DNA of 64,000 nucleotides from an uncultured Bacilli bacterium (GCA_944358535.1 CALVRH010000001.1:23708-87707); one strand, 5' to 3'; shown: positions 18,659 through 31,335, counted from the first letter of the stretch. Numbers and translations are program-made. Notes: generated by a model from the sequence alone, not told the origin.

Positions 18659-21598
18659 TTATTCGATTTCTTCTAACTTAACACTAACTAATTTACTAAC
18701 TCCTGATTCTTGCATGGTTATACCATATAAAATATCGGTATATTCCATTGTTTTCTTTTTATGTGTTATGATTATAAATTGTGATTTTTCTTTTAATTTT
18801 TCGACATATTTACCAAAAGTATCTACATTAGCTTCATCTAAGGCTGCTTCAACTTCATCTAGTACACAAAATGGTGATGGTTTTGATTTGATTATAGCAA
18901 ATAATAGACTTATGGCGGTTAATGTTTTTTCTCCTCCCGAAAGCAAGGTGATACTACTTAATTTTTTTCCTGGAGGTGAAGCAATGATTTCGATACCTGT
19001 TTCTAAAATATTATTTGGTTCAGTTAATTTTAACTCGGCATGACCACCTTTAAATAATTCTCTAAAGGTTTCAGTAAAGTTGGTATTTACAGTTTTAAAT
19101 GTTGATTGAAATTCGCTAATCATAACTTTGTCCATTTCATCGATTATTTCAAGTAAGGTGTTTTCGGCTTCAGTTAGGTCATTTATTTGTTTAGTTAAAA
19201 ATGTATATCTATCGTTTACTTCGTTATATTCTTCTGGGGCAGTTAAGTTGACTACACCTAGGTCTTTGATTTTTTTCTTTAGTTTATTTACTTCTATTTT
19301 AGCTTGATTGAAATCAATATCTAATTTATAGTTTTCTTTAGCTTTTTCATAAGTCATGCTATAATTTTCAGTTAGAGTATTTAGCAAGTTATCTAGTTTT
19401 ACTTCTAATCTACTAGCTTTTATTTCTAAATCTTTTAGTTCATTTGATTTAGTGTTATATATATTATTTTCCTTTTTTAGTGAGGCTTCATAATCTTCCA
19501 ATGATTCATTTAGGTTTTGTTTTTCTTTATTTAAACTAGATAGCTCTTGTTCAGCTTCGGTTTTTGTTTTTAAGGCTGCGTAGTATTTATTTAAGATTTC
19601 TTCTTCTTCGGATGATAATTGTCCATTTAAAATTTTGTTATTACTATTTATGTCAAAGGTTATTTGTTCTAATTCTAAGTTTAAGTGGTTTATTTGATTT
19701 TTTTTGGACTTTATTTCTTCTTCTTTTAGCATTTTATCTTTATTTAAAAGATATATTTTATCTTCTTTGGCTTTTAAATTATAATCTATTTCATTTATTT
19801 GGTTTTCAATTTCTTTTATTTTATATATAATAATTTCTTTATTCTTAAGATTATTTTCGAGTTCATATTTATCACTAATGATATTTCTTGTTTTATTTTG
19901 TTTGCCTCCAGTCATGGAACCACCAACATGGATTATTTCACCATCTAAGGTAACGATTCGATAGTGGTTGTTTATTAGTTTACTTATGTTTGTTGCAGAG
20001 TCAATATCTTTTGTGACAATTATATTTCCAAGTTGGTTTAGGATTATATTTTGGTATTTACTATCATATTTTACTAAATTACTGGCTATATCAATATAAC
20101 CGTTACAACTTTTTATTTTATTTAGTGTTTCATTATCAATATATTTTGGTCTTATGATGTTTAAAGGGAAAAAAGTGGCACGACCAATGGTTTTTAGATA
20201 ATTAATGGCTTCTTTTGCGGATTTTTCATCTGATGTTATGATGTTATTTGTATTAAAGCCAAGGGCGGTAGTGATAGCTAAAGCATAGTTTTCATCTGTT
20301 TCGATTAAATTTCCTAAAGCATTATGAATACCTCTTAATTTTGGATTATTTAAAACACTCCTAACAGGAAGTGGTAAAGAGCCACCATTTTCAATGTTTG
20401 TTTTTAAAGTTTCAATTTTAAATTCTAGGCCTTTATTTTCTCTAATTAAATTAGTTAGTTTTAGTTCTAGGTCGTTTTTATTTTGTTTTATTTTATTTTG
20501 ACTATTTTCTTCATTAGTTATTTTATCTATAAGTTTATTTAATTCGCTTTTTAAGTGATGGAGTAAGCCATTTATTTCATCTATATTATTTTTAGTAGTT
20601 AGTTCTTTTTCTTTGAGTTCTAATATATTTTGATGTAGTTTATAGTCTTCAGTTTGGTTTTTCTTTCTTTCTTCGATTAGGATTTTTTTACTGTTTAATC
20701 TTTCTGATAAAGTTGTAAGTTCTAAGATTTTATTTTGCATGGTTTTTATTTGCTCATCTATGGCGGCAATATCATTACGATATTTTTCAATTTTGGCTTC
20801 ATTTTGATTTCCGGTAGTCATGAGCTCTATTACTTCTTTATTTAATGAGTCAATTTTATTTTTACTATTTTGGTATTCAAAGTTTATGTTAGTAATGTCT
20901 TCGGTGATGAGCGCTAATTCGAGATTTTCTAGTTTTTTATTAGTTTCGTTATATTCTATGGCTTTATTTTTAGCTTCTTTTAGTGGGGTTAATCTATCTT
21001 CTAATTCTTTTACAATATCATTAATTCTATTTTTGTTGTCATGAGTTTTATCTAGTTTTTTTAAGGCATCTTCTTTTCTTCTTTTGTATTTTAAAACACC
21101 AGCAGCCTCTTCAAATATGACTCTTCTATCTTGGGGTTTACTAGAGATGATACTTTCGATTTTTCCTTGAGAGATAATATTGAAACTTTCTTTTGCAATA
21201 TTACTATCTAGAAGAAGATTGGTTAAGTCTTTAAGTCTTACTCTTTCACCATTTAAGTAATATTCATTAGTACCATCTTTATAAACTCTTCTTTTAATTT
21301 CTATTTCGTCATAATCTAAAGGTAAATAGTGGTCTTTATTATCAAACATTAGGGAAACTGAGGCAATGTTCATGGCATTTCTGGATTTGCTACCAGAAAA
21401 AATAACATCGCTCATAGTTTCGGCTCCTCTTAATGATTTTACTGATTGTTCGCCTAGTACCCATCTGATGGCATCAACAACATTACTTTTACCAGAACCA
21501 TTGGGCCCAACAATACCATTTATTCCTTTAGTAAATTCTAAATTTGTTTTATCAGCAAAAGATTTAAATCCATGAGCTTTTAACGATTTTAAGTACAT
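18659..21598 (-). CDS. smc: Chromosome segregation protein SMC
   Basis: ORF to 21607 uses an alternative GTG. First ATG at 21598 gives MYLKSLKAHGFKSFADKT...GPNGSGKSN (Walker A). Long coiled coils, hinge, C-terminal LSGGEK...D-loop. About 980 aa, shorter than typical SMC. Confidence 0.85.
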   Translation of the reverse strand: MYLKSLKAHGFKSFADKTNLEFTKGINGIVGPNGSGKSNVVDAIRWVLGEQSVKSLRGAETMSDVIFSGSKSRNAMNIASVSLMFDNKDHYLPLDYDEIEIKRRVYKDGTNEYYLNGERVRLKDLTNLLLDSNIAKESFNIISQGKIESIISSKPQDRRVIFEEAAGVLKYKRRKEDALKKLDKTHDNKNRINDIVKELEDRLTPLKEAKNKAIEYNETNKKLENLELALITEDITNINFEYQNSKNKIDSLNKEVIELMTTGNQNEAKIEKYRNDIAAIDEQIKTMQNKILELTTLSERLNSKKILIEERKKNQTEDYKLHQNILELKEKELTTKNNIDEINGLLHHLKSELNKLIDKITNEENSQNKIKQNKNDLELKLTNLIRENKGLEFKIETLKTNIENGGSLPLPVRSVLNNPKLRGIHNALGNLIETDENYALAITTALGFNTNNIITSDEKSAKEAINYLKTIGRATFFPLNIIRPKYIDNETLNKIKSCNGYIDIASNLVKYDSKYQNIILNQLGNIIVTKDIDSATNISKLINNHYRIVTLDGEIIHVGGSMTGGKQNKTRNIISDKYELENNLKNKEIIIYKIKEIENQINEIDYNLKAKEDKIYLLNKDKMLKEEEIKSKKNQINHLNLELEQITFDINSNNKILNGQLSSEEEEILNKYYAALKTKTEAEQELSSLNKEKQNLNESLEDYEASLKKENNIYNTKSNELKDLEIKASRLEVKLDNLLNTLTENYSMTYEKAKENYKLDIDFNQAKIEVNKLKKKIKDLGVVNLTAPEEYNEVNDRYTFLTKQINDLTEAENTLLEIIDEMDKVMISEFQSTFKTVNTNFTETFRELFKGGHAELKLTEPNNILETGIEIIASPPGKKLSSITLLSGGEKTLTAISLLFAIIKSKPSPFCVLDEVEAALDEANVDTFGKYVEKLKEKSQFIIITHKKKTMEYTDILYGITMQESGVSKLVSVKLEEIE

Positions 21599-21692
21599 AA
21601 TTATCACACCCTACACTATATTTAATTATACATTAATTTGACGTTTTGCGCAATTAATGAAAGAAAAAAGTCCCAAGTTCTATCTTGAAACT

Positions 21693-21926
21693 TTAACGTT
21701 TTTTATTTTTTGCTTGGGCATGCTTAATCATTGTTTCGACTTTTTTAATTAGGTTATTTGCTTCTTCCTCGGAAATTTCTGTTAATGAATCTAGATGTCC
21801 TAAAAGTTCTTGAAGCTCTGGTATACCATACCAACGCTGTTCTAGAAAACTATATTGATATATTAATCCATTATCATTTTTTAAAAGAACTAATTTTGTT
21901 TGATCAATATAATAATTTTTATTCAT
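21693..21926 (-). CDS. Hypothetical small protein
   Basis: 77-aa ORF overlapping the upstream ORF by 8 nt. No recognisable motif. Confidence 0.3.
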   Translation of the reverse strand: MNKNYYIDQTKLVLLKNDNGLIYQYSFLEQRWYGIPELQELLGHLDSLTEISEEEANNLIKKVETMIKHAQAKNKKR

Positions 21927-22224
21927 TTTTGCCCCCTTTAATTATTTTTAATGGATTATCTAGAGCTATTTTTTTCATTAAAATTTTTCCTTTTGAGTTT
22001 TGCTTTGGTTGATAAAAATTTTCGCTCGCTGTTTCTAATATAGCATTTATTATTTTTGATTCACCAGTAACTACAATTATATTTTCAGTACTTAATTCTA
22101 ATTTGGTTCCATCTTCTAAAATTATAGTAACAATATTATCGTTTAAATTGTGATGAAAATTTATTATTCGAACAACAAAGTGGCTATCACCAATGGTAAT
22201 TATCGCGTGTTTTTCTTCTTTCAT
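21919..22224 (-). CDS. Hypothetical protein downstream of rpoC
   Basis: 101 aa. Occupies the position held by the L7Ae-like ybxF in Bacillus but shows no L7Ae motifs. Confidence 0.35.
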   Translation of the reverse strand: MKEEKHAIITIGDSHFVVRIINFHHNLNDNIVTIILEDGTKLELSTENIIVVTGESKIINAILETASENFYQPKQNSKGKILMKKIALDNPLKIIKGGKNE

Positions 22225-22274
22225 AACAAACTCCTTCCTTTTTTATTTTATCATAAAATAGAAAAAAGAACTAA

Positions 22275-25200
22275 TTAATCCATTAGTTCTTGTTCTAGAG
22301 CTTCTAAAGGCTCTTCATTTAACATTTCGTTTTCTAAGGTATATTCAACATCACGATATTCTCTAGCTCCAGTACCAGCTGGGATTAATTTACCGATTAT
22401 AACGTTTTCTTTTAATCCAGTTAAGTGATCTATTTTTCCATGAACAGCAGCATCTGTTAAGATTCTAGTTGTTTCTTGGAATGAAGCCGCTGATAAGAAG
22501 CTTTCAGTTTCAAGTGATGCTTTTGTAATACCAAGTAATACTGGTTTACCAGTTGATGGACGTTTTCCTTCTAAAATTAGTTTCTTATTTTCTTCAGTAA
22601 ATTTATTGATGTTTACCATTGTTCCAGGTAAGAATAGAGAATCACCTGAATCAATAATTCTAATTTTAGAAATCATTCTACGAGCCATAATTTCAACGTG
22701 TTTATCAGAAATATCAACACCTTGAGAACGATATACTTTTTGAATTTCAAATAAGATGTACTCTTGAACTGTGATTGGGTCAGTGACAACTAATAACTCT
22801 TTTGGCGAAATAGCACCATGAGTAAGTCTCCAGCCTGCTTTAACTTCTTCACCTTTTTCGACAGCAAGTTTAGCGCCGTAGTTAGAAGTATGCTCACGAG
22901 TTTCAACATCGTTTTTAACATATATTTTATAAGTTCCATTATCTTCTTCAATCTTAGATACGACACCATTAATCTCAGAGATGGTAGCTTTACCTTTAGG
23001 GTTACGAGCTTCAAAGATTTCAGTAACACGTGGAAGACCTTGAGTAATATCGTCTCCACCGGCAACTCCACCAGTGTTGAAGTTTCTCATGGTAAGCTGT
23101 GTACCAGGTTCACCGATTGATTGAGCGGCCATGATACCAACAGCTTCGCCAATTTCAACTTCTGAACCAGTAGCTAAGTTACGTCCATAACATTTGCGGC
23201 AAACTCCGTGGTCTGTTTTACATGTTAGAACGCTTCTAATTGGAACTTTAGTAATTCTAGCTTTTGTGATTTTTTCAGCAACTTGTTCAGTAATATATGT
23301 GTTTTTATCAAACAATACTTCATTCGTTTTTGGGTCTAGGAGTTTTCTACTAGTATATCTACCAACAATTCTGTCTTCTAATGATTCAATTAAAGTACCA
23401 TCAGTATTATAGAAGGCTTCTACTACTACACCTTGATCAGTACCACAGTCATCCTCCTTAACAATAACATCTTGAACAACATCAACAAGTCTTCTTGTTA
23501 AGTAACCAGCATCGGCTGTTTTAAGGGCTGTATCTACGGCACCTTTACGAGTTCCGTGTGTAGATGTGAAGAATTCTGATACAGTAACACCTTCTGATAA
23601 TGAAGATAAAATTGGAATTTCAACATAATCTCCATTTGGTTTACTCATAATACCACGCATACCAGCCATTTGTCCATATTGATCGATAGATCCACGGGCT
23701 TTAGAATCGATCATCATAGTGATAGAAGATTCTGGGTTGGCTTTTAATCTTTGATCTAAGTCATCATAGATTTTAGCTTTGGCATCAAACCAAGTTTGAA
23801 TAACGTTGTCATATCTTTCTTTATCAGTTATTAAACCACGTTTAAATTGTTTAGTGATTGTTTCAATTTTCTTATTAGCTTCTTCGATGATGTCTTTTTT
23901 TACTGGACTTTCTTGGATGTCATCAATTGAAATACTAATACCAGATAAGGTTGAATATTTAAAGCCTAAATCTTTAATAGCATCAAGCATAACTGAAGTT
24001 TCAGTTGTGTGATAACGTTTATAGATTTGAGCGATTAATCTTACGATTGCGCCTTTATTTAAGGCTTTAACTAGAGGCATTTTTTCGATTTCTTCTTTGA
24101 TATTTTTACCTTTATCGATAAAGTATTTAGAAGGTGTACATTTAACTGCATTATCAACACTACTATCATTTATATATTGGAATGTATCTGGGAAAACTTC
24201 ATTAAAGATAATTTTACCAGGAGTAGTTACTAAATATTTATCCATGTATTTATCTGGAAATATTTTATGTTTAAATGATTTTACAGGTAAGGCAATACGA
24301 GTGTGTAATGTAATTTCTCTTCTTTCGTAAGCCATAACAACATCGTTTGAATTTCTAAATACTCTACCTTCGCCTTCTAATCCAGCTTTTTCCATAGTTA
24401 GATAATAGTTACCTAATACCATGTCCTGGCCTGGGGTAGCGATTGGTGAACCATCTTTTGGTGATAAGATGTTGTTAGCACCTAACATTAAAAGTCTAGC
24501 TTCAGCTTGGGCAGCTTCACTAATTGGTACGTGAACAGCCATTTGGTCACCATCGAAGTCGGCGTTGAAGGCTGGACATACTAATGGGTGAAGTCTAATA
24601 GCTTTACCTTCAATTAATTTTGGCTCAAATGCTTGAATACCAAGTCTATGTAAGGTTGGAGCACGGTTAAGTAATACTGGGTGCTCTTTAATAACTTCTT
24701 CGACAATGTCCCATACGCGTTCATCTTGATTTTCAATCATTCTTTTAGCGGCTTTGATGTTGCTGGCAATTTCTTTAGAAACGAGTCCATGAATAACATG
24801 TGGTTTAAATAATTCTAGAGCCATTTCTTTTGGAATACCACACTCATACATTTTAAGTGATGGTCCAACAACGATAACTGAACGGCCTGAATAGTCAACA
24901 CGTTTACCAAGTAAGTTTTGGCGGAAACGACCTTGTTTACCTTTTAACATACTTGATAGTGATTTTAATGGTCTATTACCAGGTCCAGTGATATTTTTAC
25001 CACGTCTACCATTATCGAATAAGGCATCAACAGCTTCTTGTAACATTCTTTTTTCGTTTTGAATGATAATAGAAGGGGCACCTAAATCAATTAATTTTTT
25101 AAGTCTATTATTACGATTAATTACACGTCTATATAAATCATTTAAATCAGAAGTGGCAAATCTACCACCATCTAGTTGAATCATTGGTCTAAGTTCTGGT

Positions 25201-25910
25201 GGTATAACTGGAAGGGCTGTTAAAATCATCCATTCTGGCCTATTTCCTGATTCTAGAAATGCATCTAATACATCTAATCTTTTGATTAGACGAATACGCT
25301 TTTGACTAGATGAATCTTTAATTTCGGCAATTTCCTTTTTGATTTCGTCAACTTCTTTTTGTAAATCGACTTCCTTTAAAAGTTCTTCTATGGCTTCTGC
25401 ACCCATACCAACTCTAAAGGTATTTCCATATTTTTCATAATAACTTCTATATTCTTTATCGCTAATAGTTTGTTTTTTTTCAAGTGGAGTATCACCTGGA
25501 TCTAGAACAACGTATGATACAAAGTATAGTACTTCTTCTAAATCTCTTGGTGACATGTCAAGAACTAGTCCCATTCTTGATGGTACACCTTTGAAGAACC
25601 AGATATGTGATACTGGTGTGGCTAGTTCTATATGACCCATACGTTCACGTCGAACTTTAGATTTAGTAACTTCGACACCGCAACGGTCACAAATAATATT
25701 TTTATATCTTAATCTTTTATATTTACCACAAGCACATTCAAAATCTTTAGTTGGTCCGAATATTTTTTCACAAAATAGTCCGTCACGTTCTGGTTTTAAA
25801 GTACGATAATTCATGGTTTCGGCTTTTTTAACTTCACCATATGACCAAGAACGAATTTTTTCTGGTGAGGCAATGGCTATTCTAATTCCTTCAAAACTAT
25901 TTGCATCCAT
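22275..25910 (-). CDS. rpoC: DNA-directed RNA polymerase subunit beta'
   Basis: 1211 aa. Zn-binding CxxC...CxxC near N-terminus, NADFDGD catalytic motif, bridge helix and trigger loop regions. ATG overlaps the rpoB stop by 1 nt. Confidence 0.97.
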   Translation of the reverse strand: MDANSFEGIRIAIASPEKIRSWSYGEVKKAETMNYRTLKPERDGLFCEKIFGPTKDFECACGKYKRLRYKNIICDRCGVEVTKSKVRRERMGHIELATPVSHIWFFKGVPSRMGLVLDMSPRDLEEVLYFVSYVVLDPGDTPLEKKQTISDKEYRSYYEKYGNTFRVGMGAEAIEELLKEVDLQKEVDEIKKEIAEIKDSSSQKRIRLIKRLDVLDAFLESGNRPEWMILTALPVIPPELRPMIQLDGGRFATSDLNDLYRRVINRNNRLKKLIDLGAPSIIIQNEKRMLQEAVDALFDNGRRGKNITGPGNRPLKSLSSMLKGKQGRFRQNLLGKRVDYSGRSVIVVGPSLKMYECGIPKEMALELFKPHVIHGLVSKEIASNIKAAKRMIENQDERVWDIVEEVIKEHPVLLNRAPTLHRLGIQAFEPKLIEGKAIRLHPLVCPAFNADFDGDQMAVHVPISEAAQAEARLLMLGANNILSPKDGSPIATPGQDMVLGNYYLTMEKAGLEGEGRVFRNSNDVVMAYERREITLHTRIALPVKSFKHKIFPDKYMDKYLVTTPGKIIFNEVFPDTFQYINDSSVDNAVKCTPSKYFIDKGKNIKEEIEKMPLVKALNKGAIVRLIAQIYKRYHTTETSVMLDAIKDLGFKYSTLSGISISIDDIQESPVKKDIIEEANKKIETITKQFKRGLITDKERYDNVIQTWFDAKAKIYDDLDQRLKANPESSITMMIDSKARGSIDQYGQMAGMRGIMSKPNGDYVEIPILSSLSEGVTVSEFFTSTHGTRKGAVDTALKTADAGYLTRRLVDVVQDVIVKEDDCGTDQGVVVEAFYNTDGTLIESLEDRIVGRYTSRKLLDPKTNEVLFDKNTYITEQVAEKITKARITKVPIRSVLTCKTDHGVCRKCYGRNLATGSEVEIGEAVGIMAAQSIGEPGTQLTMRNFNTGGVAGGDDITQGLPRVTEIFEARNPKGKATISEINGVVSKIEEDNGTYKIYVKNDVETREHTSNYGAKLAVEKGEEVKAGWRLTHGAISPKELLVVTDPITVQEYILFEIQKVYRSQGVDISDKHVEIMARRMISKIRIIDSGDSLFLPGTMVNINKFTEENKKLILEGKRPSTGKPVLLGITKASLETESFLSAASFQETTRILTDAAVHGKIDHLTGLKENVIIGKLIPAGTGAREYRDVEYTLENEMLNEEPLEALEQELMD

Positions 25911-28900
25911 TAATTATCCTCCCCTTCCAAATTTTTTAAATCTTCTTCAGTTGGTTCTTCATCTTCATCATTATCTTCATTTTCATCAAAATCATTTAAT
26001 TCGGTTTCAAGTTCGCCAGTGATTTCATTAACTTTAGACTCGTTTTGAGCTTTATCTTTTAAGATTTCACTTTCTAAGTCACTATCTGGAACATAAGAAT
26101 CTTTTTCAGCTTCTTCTAGTTCTTTTAATTCAACGAATTCTCCATCCTTATTTAAAACGGTGATATCTAAACCTAAAGCTTGGAATTCTTTAATTACAAC
26201 TCTAAAGCTTTCTGGTACACTTGGTTTAGGTAATTCTTCGCCTTTGACTAAGGCTTCATAAACTCTAACACGTCCAGTTACGTCGTCTGATTTAACAGTC
26301 ATCATTTCTTGTAAGATATGGGCAGCACCATAGGCATATAGTGCCCAAACTTCCATTTCTCCGAAACGTTGACCACCAAATTGTGCTTTACCACCTAGAG
26401 GTTGCTGAGTAACTAATGAGTATGGTCCAGTAGATCTAGCATGTAATTTATCGTCAACCATGTGGTCTAGTTTAATCATGTACATAACACCAACACTAAT
26501 TCGGTTATCGAATCTTTCACCTGTTCTTCCATCATATAGCCACATTTTACCATCTTTATCTAAACCTGCTTCAGTTAAAGCATCGACAATTTCTTCTCTT
26601 GTTGCACCATCGAATACTGGAGTGGCAATGTGAATACCAAGTGATTTAGCAGCCATACCTAAATGTAATTCTAGAATCTGGCCTAAATTCATACGAGATG
26701 GTACTCCTAGTGGGTTAAGTAGGATATCAACAGTTCTTCCGTTTTTATCATATGGCATATCTTCTTCAGGAAGAACTAGAGAAACGACACCTTTGTTTCC
26801 GTGACGACCTGAGATTTTATCACCAACGCCTATTTTACGCTTTTGAGCAATATAGACTCTAACTTTTTTACTTACACCAGCTGGAAGTTCGTCACTATCT
26901 TCTTTAGATAGTATTTGAACATCATGGACGATTCCACCGCCACCATGTTGAACACGAAGTGAAGTATCTCTAACTTCTCTGGTTTTTTCACCAAATATAG
27001 CATGTAATAATTTTTCTTCTGAAGTGAGTTCGGCCATACCTTTAGGGGTTACTTTACCAACTAAAATATCGTCATCTTTAACTTCGGTACCAATTCTAAT
27101 AATACCGTTTTCATCAAGGTTTTTGCGGGCTTCTTCAGATACATTTGGGATATCTCTAGTAAATTCTTCTGATCCTAATTTGGTATCACGACACTCAATT
27201 TCATAATCTTTAATATGAATTGAGGTAAAGACATCATCATTAACTAATCTTTCGTTTAAGATTACAGCATCTTCATAGTTATAACCATCATAGTTAACAA
27301 AGGCAATGGTTAAGTTTTTACCTAGGGCCATTTCACCTTGATCGGTTGATGGTCCATCGGCGATTACATCGCCAACTTTTACTTTGTCACCTTTTCTGAC
27401 GATTGGTTTTTGATGATAGCATGTTCCCATGTTACTTCTTTCAAAACCTTCTAGATAATATGTGTCAGTACCTTTAGCATTTTTTACGATTATTTTTCTA
27501 GCGTCAACATAGTCAACAATTCCATCGGCTTTGGCACATATAACAACACCTGAGTCTTTGGCTGCAATTGCTTCAATCCCAGTTCCAACATAAGGAGCTT
27601 CGGCTTCTAATAGAGGTATTGCTTGACGTTGCATGTTAGCACCCATTAAAGCTCTTTTACCATCATCGTGCTCGAGGAATGGAATTCCACTAGTTGTAAT
27701 TGAAATAATTTGTTGTGGTGAAACATCCATATAATCTATTTTTTCTTTTTCGATGATTAAGTTATCATTTTGATATCTAACTGGGACTTTATCTTCAATA
27801 ATTACACCTTTAGAATCAGTTTTAACGGTTGCTGGGGCAATATAGTATTCTAATTCTTCATCGGCAGTCATATATCTTATTTCATCAGTTAATTTATAAT
27901 TTTCAATTTTACGATATGGTGTAGTTATAAAACCATATTCATTGACTTTAGCATAGCTAGCTAAAGAAGTAATTAATCCAATGTTTGGACCTTCTGGAGA
28001 TTCAACTGGGCAAAGTCTTCCATAGTGTGATGGATTAACGTCACGAACTTCCATTCCAGCTCTATCTTTAGATAGACCGCCAGGTCCTAATGAAGATAAT
28101 CTTCTTTTATGTGTAAGTTCAGCAATTGGGTTAATTTGGTCCATGAACTGTGATAATTGAGATGAACCAAAGAACTCTTTGATTGCAGCTGTAAGAGGTC
28201 TTATGTTTATTAAACTTTTTGGTGTTACTTCAGCGATATCTTGAGTACTCATTCTATCTCTTATCATTCTTTCAATACGACTAATACCAATTCTAAATTG
28301 ATTTTGAAGTAATTCTCCTACTTGTCTAACACGTCTATTTGATAGATGGTCAATTTCATCAAATGAGCCAATACCATCTAATAGGTTTAAATAATATGAA
28401 AGTGATGCATAAATATCTGATACTGTTAGACGTTTAATATCGATATTTTGATCATTACCAATGATTTTAACAATTTTGTCTGGGTTTGTTTTTGAATATA
28501 CTTTGACAATTTGAACATCACCATAAGTGTCTAGTTCTCTATTGATTAATGTTTCTTTTTTGCCATAACCATTTTTAAAGACTGGCTTTAATTTTTCTGA
28601 TAATTCTTTGGTGATGATATCTCCATTTTTGGCAATGATTTCGCCATCAACTTTGATATCTTCAGCTAAGCGACAACCTAAAAGTCTATCAATGATATTT
28701 AATTTTTTATTAAATTTATATCGTCCAACTTTGGCCAAATCATATCTGAATGCATCAAAGAATCTAGTAATTAATTGGTTTTTTGCACTTTCTAAAGTAC
28801 TAGGTTCACCTGGTCTTAATTTTGAGTGAATATCGATTAAAGCTTCATCGGTGTTCTTATTAGTATCTTTTTCGATAGTCTTAATTATGTAGTCATTTTC

Positions 28901-29539
28901 ACCAAATAAATCTAAGATATCACTATCACTAGATAAGCCAATTGCTCTAAGTAAAGTGGTTACTGGGACTTTTCTAGTACGATCAATTCTGACATAAATA
29001 ATATCTCTAGCATCTGTTTCGAATTCAAGCCAAGTACCTCTAGTTGGAATAATTTGAGCTCCAACAGTAACTTTACCATTTTTCTTGTCAATTTCTTTGC
29101 CAAAATAAACTGATGGTGAACGTACTAATTGTGATACAATAACACGTTCAGCACCGTTGATAATGAAAGCTCCACTATCGGTCATGATAGGCATATCGCC
29201 TAAATAAATTTCTTGTTCTTTAACTTCACCAGTTTCAACATTGAAAAGTCTTGCTTCTACTTTTAGTGGCGCAGCATAAGTAGTATAGCGTTCTTTACAT
29301 TGTTTAATGGTGTGTCTTGGTTCATCAAAACTGTATTCGCCAAATTCTAATGACAAATTACCAGTGAAACTCTCCACTGGAAAAATGTCATCAAAAACTT
29401 CTTTGATACCTTCGGTTATGAACCAATTATAAGAATCTTTTTGAATTTCTAATAAATTGTTTAATTCGATTGCATTTTTTGTTTTACCGTAATTTCTTCT
29501 CTCTCTTTTTCCGTTAATTTTCTGTATTTTGTATGCCAA
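25910..29539 (-). CDS. rpoB: DNA-directed RNA polymerase subunit beta
   Basis: About 1210 aa with conserved beta-subunit regions throughout. ORF track extends to 29548 using GTG. Start proposed at TTG 29539 (as in B. subtilis rpoB), preceded by AGGGGTG SD with 6-nt spacer. The exact start is uncertain (29539 or 29548). Confidence 0.95.
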   Translation of the reverse strand: MAYKIQKINGKRERRNYGKTKNAIELNNLLEIQKDSYNWFITEGIKEVFDDIFPVESFTGNLSLEFGEYSFDEPRHTIKQCKERYTTYAAPLKVEARLFNVETGEVKEQEIYLGDMPIMTDSGAFIINGAERVIVSQLVRSPSVYFGKEIDKKNGKVTVGAQIIPTRGTWLEFETDARDIIYVRIDRTRKVPVTTLLRAIGLSSDSDILDLFGENDYIIKTIEKDTNKNTDEALIDIHSKLRPGEPSTLESAKNQLITRFFDAFRYDLAKVGRYKFNKKLNIIDRLLGCRLAEDIKVDGEIIAKNGDIITKELSEKLKPVFKNGYGKKETLINRELDTYGDVQIVKVYSKTNPDKIVKIIGNDQNIDIKRLTVSDIYASLSYYLNLLDGIGSFDEIDHLSNRRVRQVGELLQNQFRIGISRIERMIRDRMSTQDIAEVTPKSLINIRPLTAAIKEFFGSSQLSQFMDQINPIAELTHKRRLSSLGPGGLSKDRAGMEVRDVNPSHYGRLCPVESPEGPNIGLITSLASYAKVNEYGFITTPYRKIENYKLTDEIRYMTADEELEYYIAPATVKTDSKGVIIEDKVPVRYQNDNLIIEKEKIDYMDVSPQQIISITTSGIPFLEHDDGKRALMGANMQRQAIPLLEAEAPYVGTGIEAIAAKDSGVVICAKADGIVDYVDARKIIVKNAKGTDTYYLEGFERSNMGTCYHQKPIVRKGDKVKVGDVIADGPSTDQGEMALGKNLTIAFVNYDGYNYEDAVILNERLVNDDVFTSIHIKDYEIECRDTKLGSEEFTRDIPNVSEEARKNLDENGIIRIGTEVKDDDILVGKVTPKGMAELTSEEKLLHAIFGEKTREVRDTSLRVQHGGGGIVHDVQILSKEDSDELPAGVSKKVRVYIAQKRKIGVGDKISGRHGNKGVVSLVLPEEDMPYDKNGRTVDILLNPLGVPSRMNLGQILELHLGMAAKSLGIHIATPVFDGATREEIVDALTEAGLDKDGKMWLYDGRTGERFDNRISVGVMYMIKLDHMVDDKLHARSTGPYSLVTQQPLGGKAQFGGQRFGEMEVWALYAYGAAHILQEMMTVKSDDVTGRVRVYEALVKGEELPKPSVPESFRVVIKEFQALGLDITVLNKDGEFVELKELEEAEKDSYVPDSDLESEILKDKAQNESKVNEITGELETELNDFDENEDNDEDEEPTEEDLKNLEGEDN

Positions 29540-29584
29540 GTTTTTCACCCCTATAGACTAGTTTTTCGGATTTTTCATGTACTT

Positions 29585-29606
29585 TCAAGAGTACATGTCG
29601 CCAATT
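29585..29606 (-). promoter_or_regulatory. Perfect 8-bp stem hairpin in the rpoB 5' leader (possible attenuator)
   Basis: catgtact-ttcaag-agtacatg between the methyltransferase gene and rpoB. Position analogous to the rplL-rpoB attenuator of other bacteria. Confidence 0.4.
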
Positions 29607-29635
29607 TATAATTATAAAGGTTTTGCCCTCAAAAG

Positions 29636-30220
29636 TCAACGCTTTTTAGCGCATATTATATAAAAACCTTTATTTTTTGTAACGATTATTACATCGTAAT
29701 CTTTTTCCAAGTCTTTAGTTAAAGATTTGGCCCCACTATTTTTATTTATTACAAGCCAAAGTTGTCCATTATCTTTTAAATACTGTTTGGCTTTAAATAA
29801 AATTTCGTATAATACTTTTTTACCCACTCTAATTGGTGGATTAGTTACAATTATGTTATATTTTTTATTAATGTTTTCATATATATTACTTTTAAAAATA
29901 TTTACTTTGACATTGTTTAAAGTAGCGTTTTTTTTTGCTAATTTAAGGGCTCTTTCGTTAATATCTATCATATCAATGTTTGCGTTTGTTATTTTTTTTA
30001 AATAGATTCCAATCGGCCCATAACCACAACCGAAATCGAGAACATCACCTTTTACTTCATTTAAATTAATATTTTCCAAAAGAGTTCTAGTTCCAAAATC
30101 TAAACCTTTTTTGGAAAATACCCCATTATCAACAATAAATTTTAATTTAATATCATTTATTATTACATTTATGCTTTTTTCTTCGCTTTTAACATAATCG
30201 TTTGTAAAATAATGTGACAT
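29636..30220 (-). CDS. Class I SAM-dependent methyltransferase (YbxB/RsmC-like small MTase)
   Basis: 194 aa. SAM motif VLDFGCGYGPIG and TNPP motif (IIVTNPPIRVG) of N-methyltransferases. AAGGAGA RBS. Sits between rplL and rpoB as ybxB does in Bacillus. Confidence 0.75.
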   Translation of the reverse strand: MSHYFTNDYVKSEEKSINVIINDIKLKFIVDNGVFSKKGLDFGTRTLLENINLNEVKGDVLDFGCGYGPIGIYLKKITNANIDMIDINERALKLAKKNATLNNVKVNIFKSNIYENINKKYNIIVTNPPIRVGKKVLYEILFKAKQYLKDNGQLWLVINKNSGAKSLTKDLEKDYDVIIVTKNKGFYIICAKKR

Positions 30221-30292
30221 TTTCTTCTCCTTTTAATAAATGGGTAAAGCCCACACTATTTTTGATAGTGCAGGCTCTTTTCATTTTAGTAA

Positions 30293-30661
30293 TTATTTAA
30301 CTTCAACAGTTGCGCCAGCTTCTTCTAATTTAGCTTTTAATTCATCAGCTTCTGAAGATGGAATGTTTTCTTTAATAGCTCCACCGTTATCAGCGATAGC
30401 TTTAGCTTCTTTTAATCCCAAACCAGTAACTTCTTTAATTAATTTAATAACTGGTAATTTATTAGGTCCAGCAGATGTTAAAGTAACAGTTACTGTAGTT
30501 GGTCCAGCGGCTTCTTCTGAGGCAGCAGGTGCAGCAGCTACAGCTACAGCACTTGGATCAACACCAAATTCCTCCTTCATTGCGTCTACTAATTCCATAA
30601 CTTCAAGCATAGTCATTTCTTTAAGACCAGCGATAAATTCATCTTTATTAATTTTTGCCAT
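30293..30661 (-). CDS. rplL: 50S ribosomal protein L7/L12
   Basis: 122 aa. N-terminal dimerisation helix, Ala/Pro-rich hinge (AVAVAAAPAASEEAAG), C-terminal ...GLGLKEAKA...KAKLEEAGATVEVK. Confidence 0.95.
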   Translation of the reverse strand: MAKINKDEFIAGLKEMTMLEVMELVDAMKEEFGVDPSAVAVAAAPAASEEAAGPTTVTVTLTSAGPNKLPVIKLIKEVTGLGLKEAKAIADNGGAIKENIPSSEADELKAKLEEAGATVEVK

Positions 30662-30676
30662 TTATATCATTCCTTT

Positions 30677-31180
30677 CTAATTTTCTTCTTTTTCTTTTAA
30701 ATCTTTTGCATATAAGTCTAAGCAAATAGATAGACTCTTAAGTGGATAGATAAGACCACTTGCAAGCATTGTAAGTAATCCATCTCTTGATGGTAATTTT
30801 GATAATTCAGATAATTTAGCTTCATCAGTTTTTTCACCATCGATTAACCCAACTTTAACAATTAAGGCCGGATGTTTTTTAGCAAAGTCGTATAAAACTT
30901 TAACTGGAGCTACAGGATCTTGTCCGAAAGCCATAGCTTTTGGGCCTTTTAAATCGTCAGTTAAATCGATTTTTAATGAGTCGAACGCTCTTTTAACTAA
31001 TGTGTTTTTATAAATCTTAAATTCTGAATCATTTTCTTTTAAAGCTCTTCTTAGTTCGTTTGTTTCATCAACAGTTAATCCTTGATATTCAAAAAGTACT
31101 GTTGCGGTTGCATTTTTAGTTTTGTCAGCAATTTCGTCGATGATTTCTTGTTTTTTATCTAAGATTTTTTGATTAGCCAA
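30677..31180 (-). CDS. rplJ: 50S ribosomal protein L10
   Basis: 167 aa, MANQKILDKKQEIIDEIADK...TVDE..ELRR... typical L10. Confidence 0.95.
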   Translation of the reverse strand: MANQKILDKKQEIIDEIADKTKNATATVLFEYQGLTVDETNELRRALKENDSEFKIYKNTLVKRAFDSLKIDLTDDLKGPKAMAFGQDPVAPVKVLYDFAKKHPALIVKVGLIDGEKTDEAKLSELSKLPSRDGLLTMLASGLIYPLKSLSICLDLYAKDLKEKEEN

Positions 31181-31184
31181 CTTC

Positions 31185-31335
31185 TAGCACCTCTCTTTCT
31201 GTTTGCCGTTAAAAAAGCTCTGGGTATTATGCCAGAGCTAAAAGACTTTATTAAATGTCTCGGTAGGAAATTAAGCTTATTAGCACCTACTGTCTACGGC
31301 ATAATCAAATTACTAATTCATTATATCATAGCTTT
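31185..31335 (-). promoter_or_regulatory. Probable ribosomal protein L10 leader (autoregulatory 5' UTR of rplJ-rplL)
   Basis: 150-nt untranslated gap between rplA and rplJ with GC-enriched hairpins (e.g. gctctgg-gtattatg-ccagagc). Matches the position of the L10(L12)4-binding leader in Firmicutes. Not verified against a covariance model. Confidence 0.45.

Noticed and set aside
21919-22224. Possible ribosomal L7Ae-like (ybxF) gene downstream of rpoC
   Set aside because: Position fits Bacillus synteny, but the sequence lacks the L7Ae K-turn-binding motifs. Kept only as hypothetical.
30240-30680. 146-aa plus-strand ORF rich in Ala/Ser/Thr
   Set aside because: Lies exactly antisense to rplL. 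Its low-complexity composition mirrors the Ala-rich hinge of L7/L12 on the other strand. No RBS.
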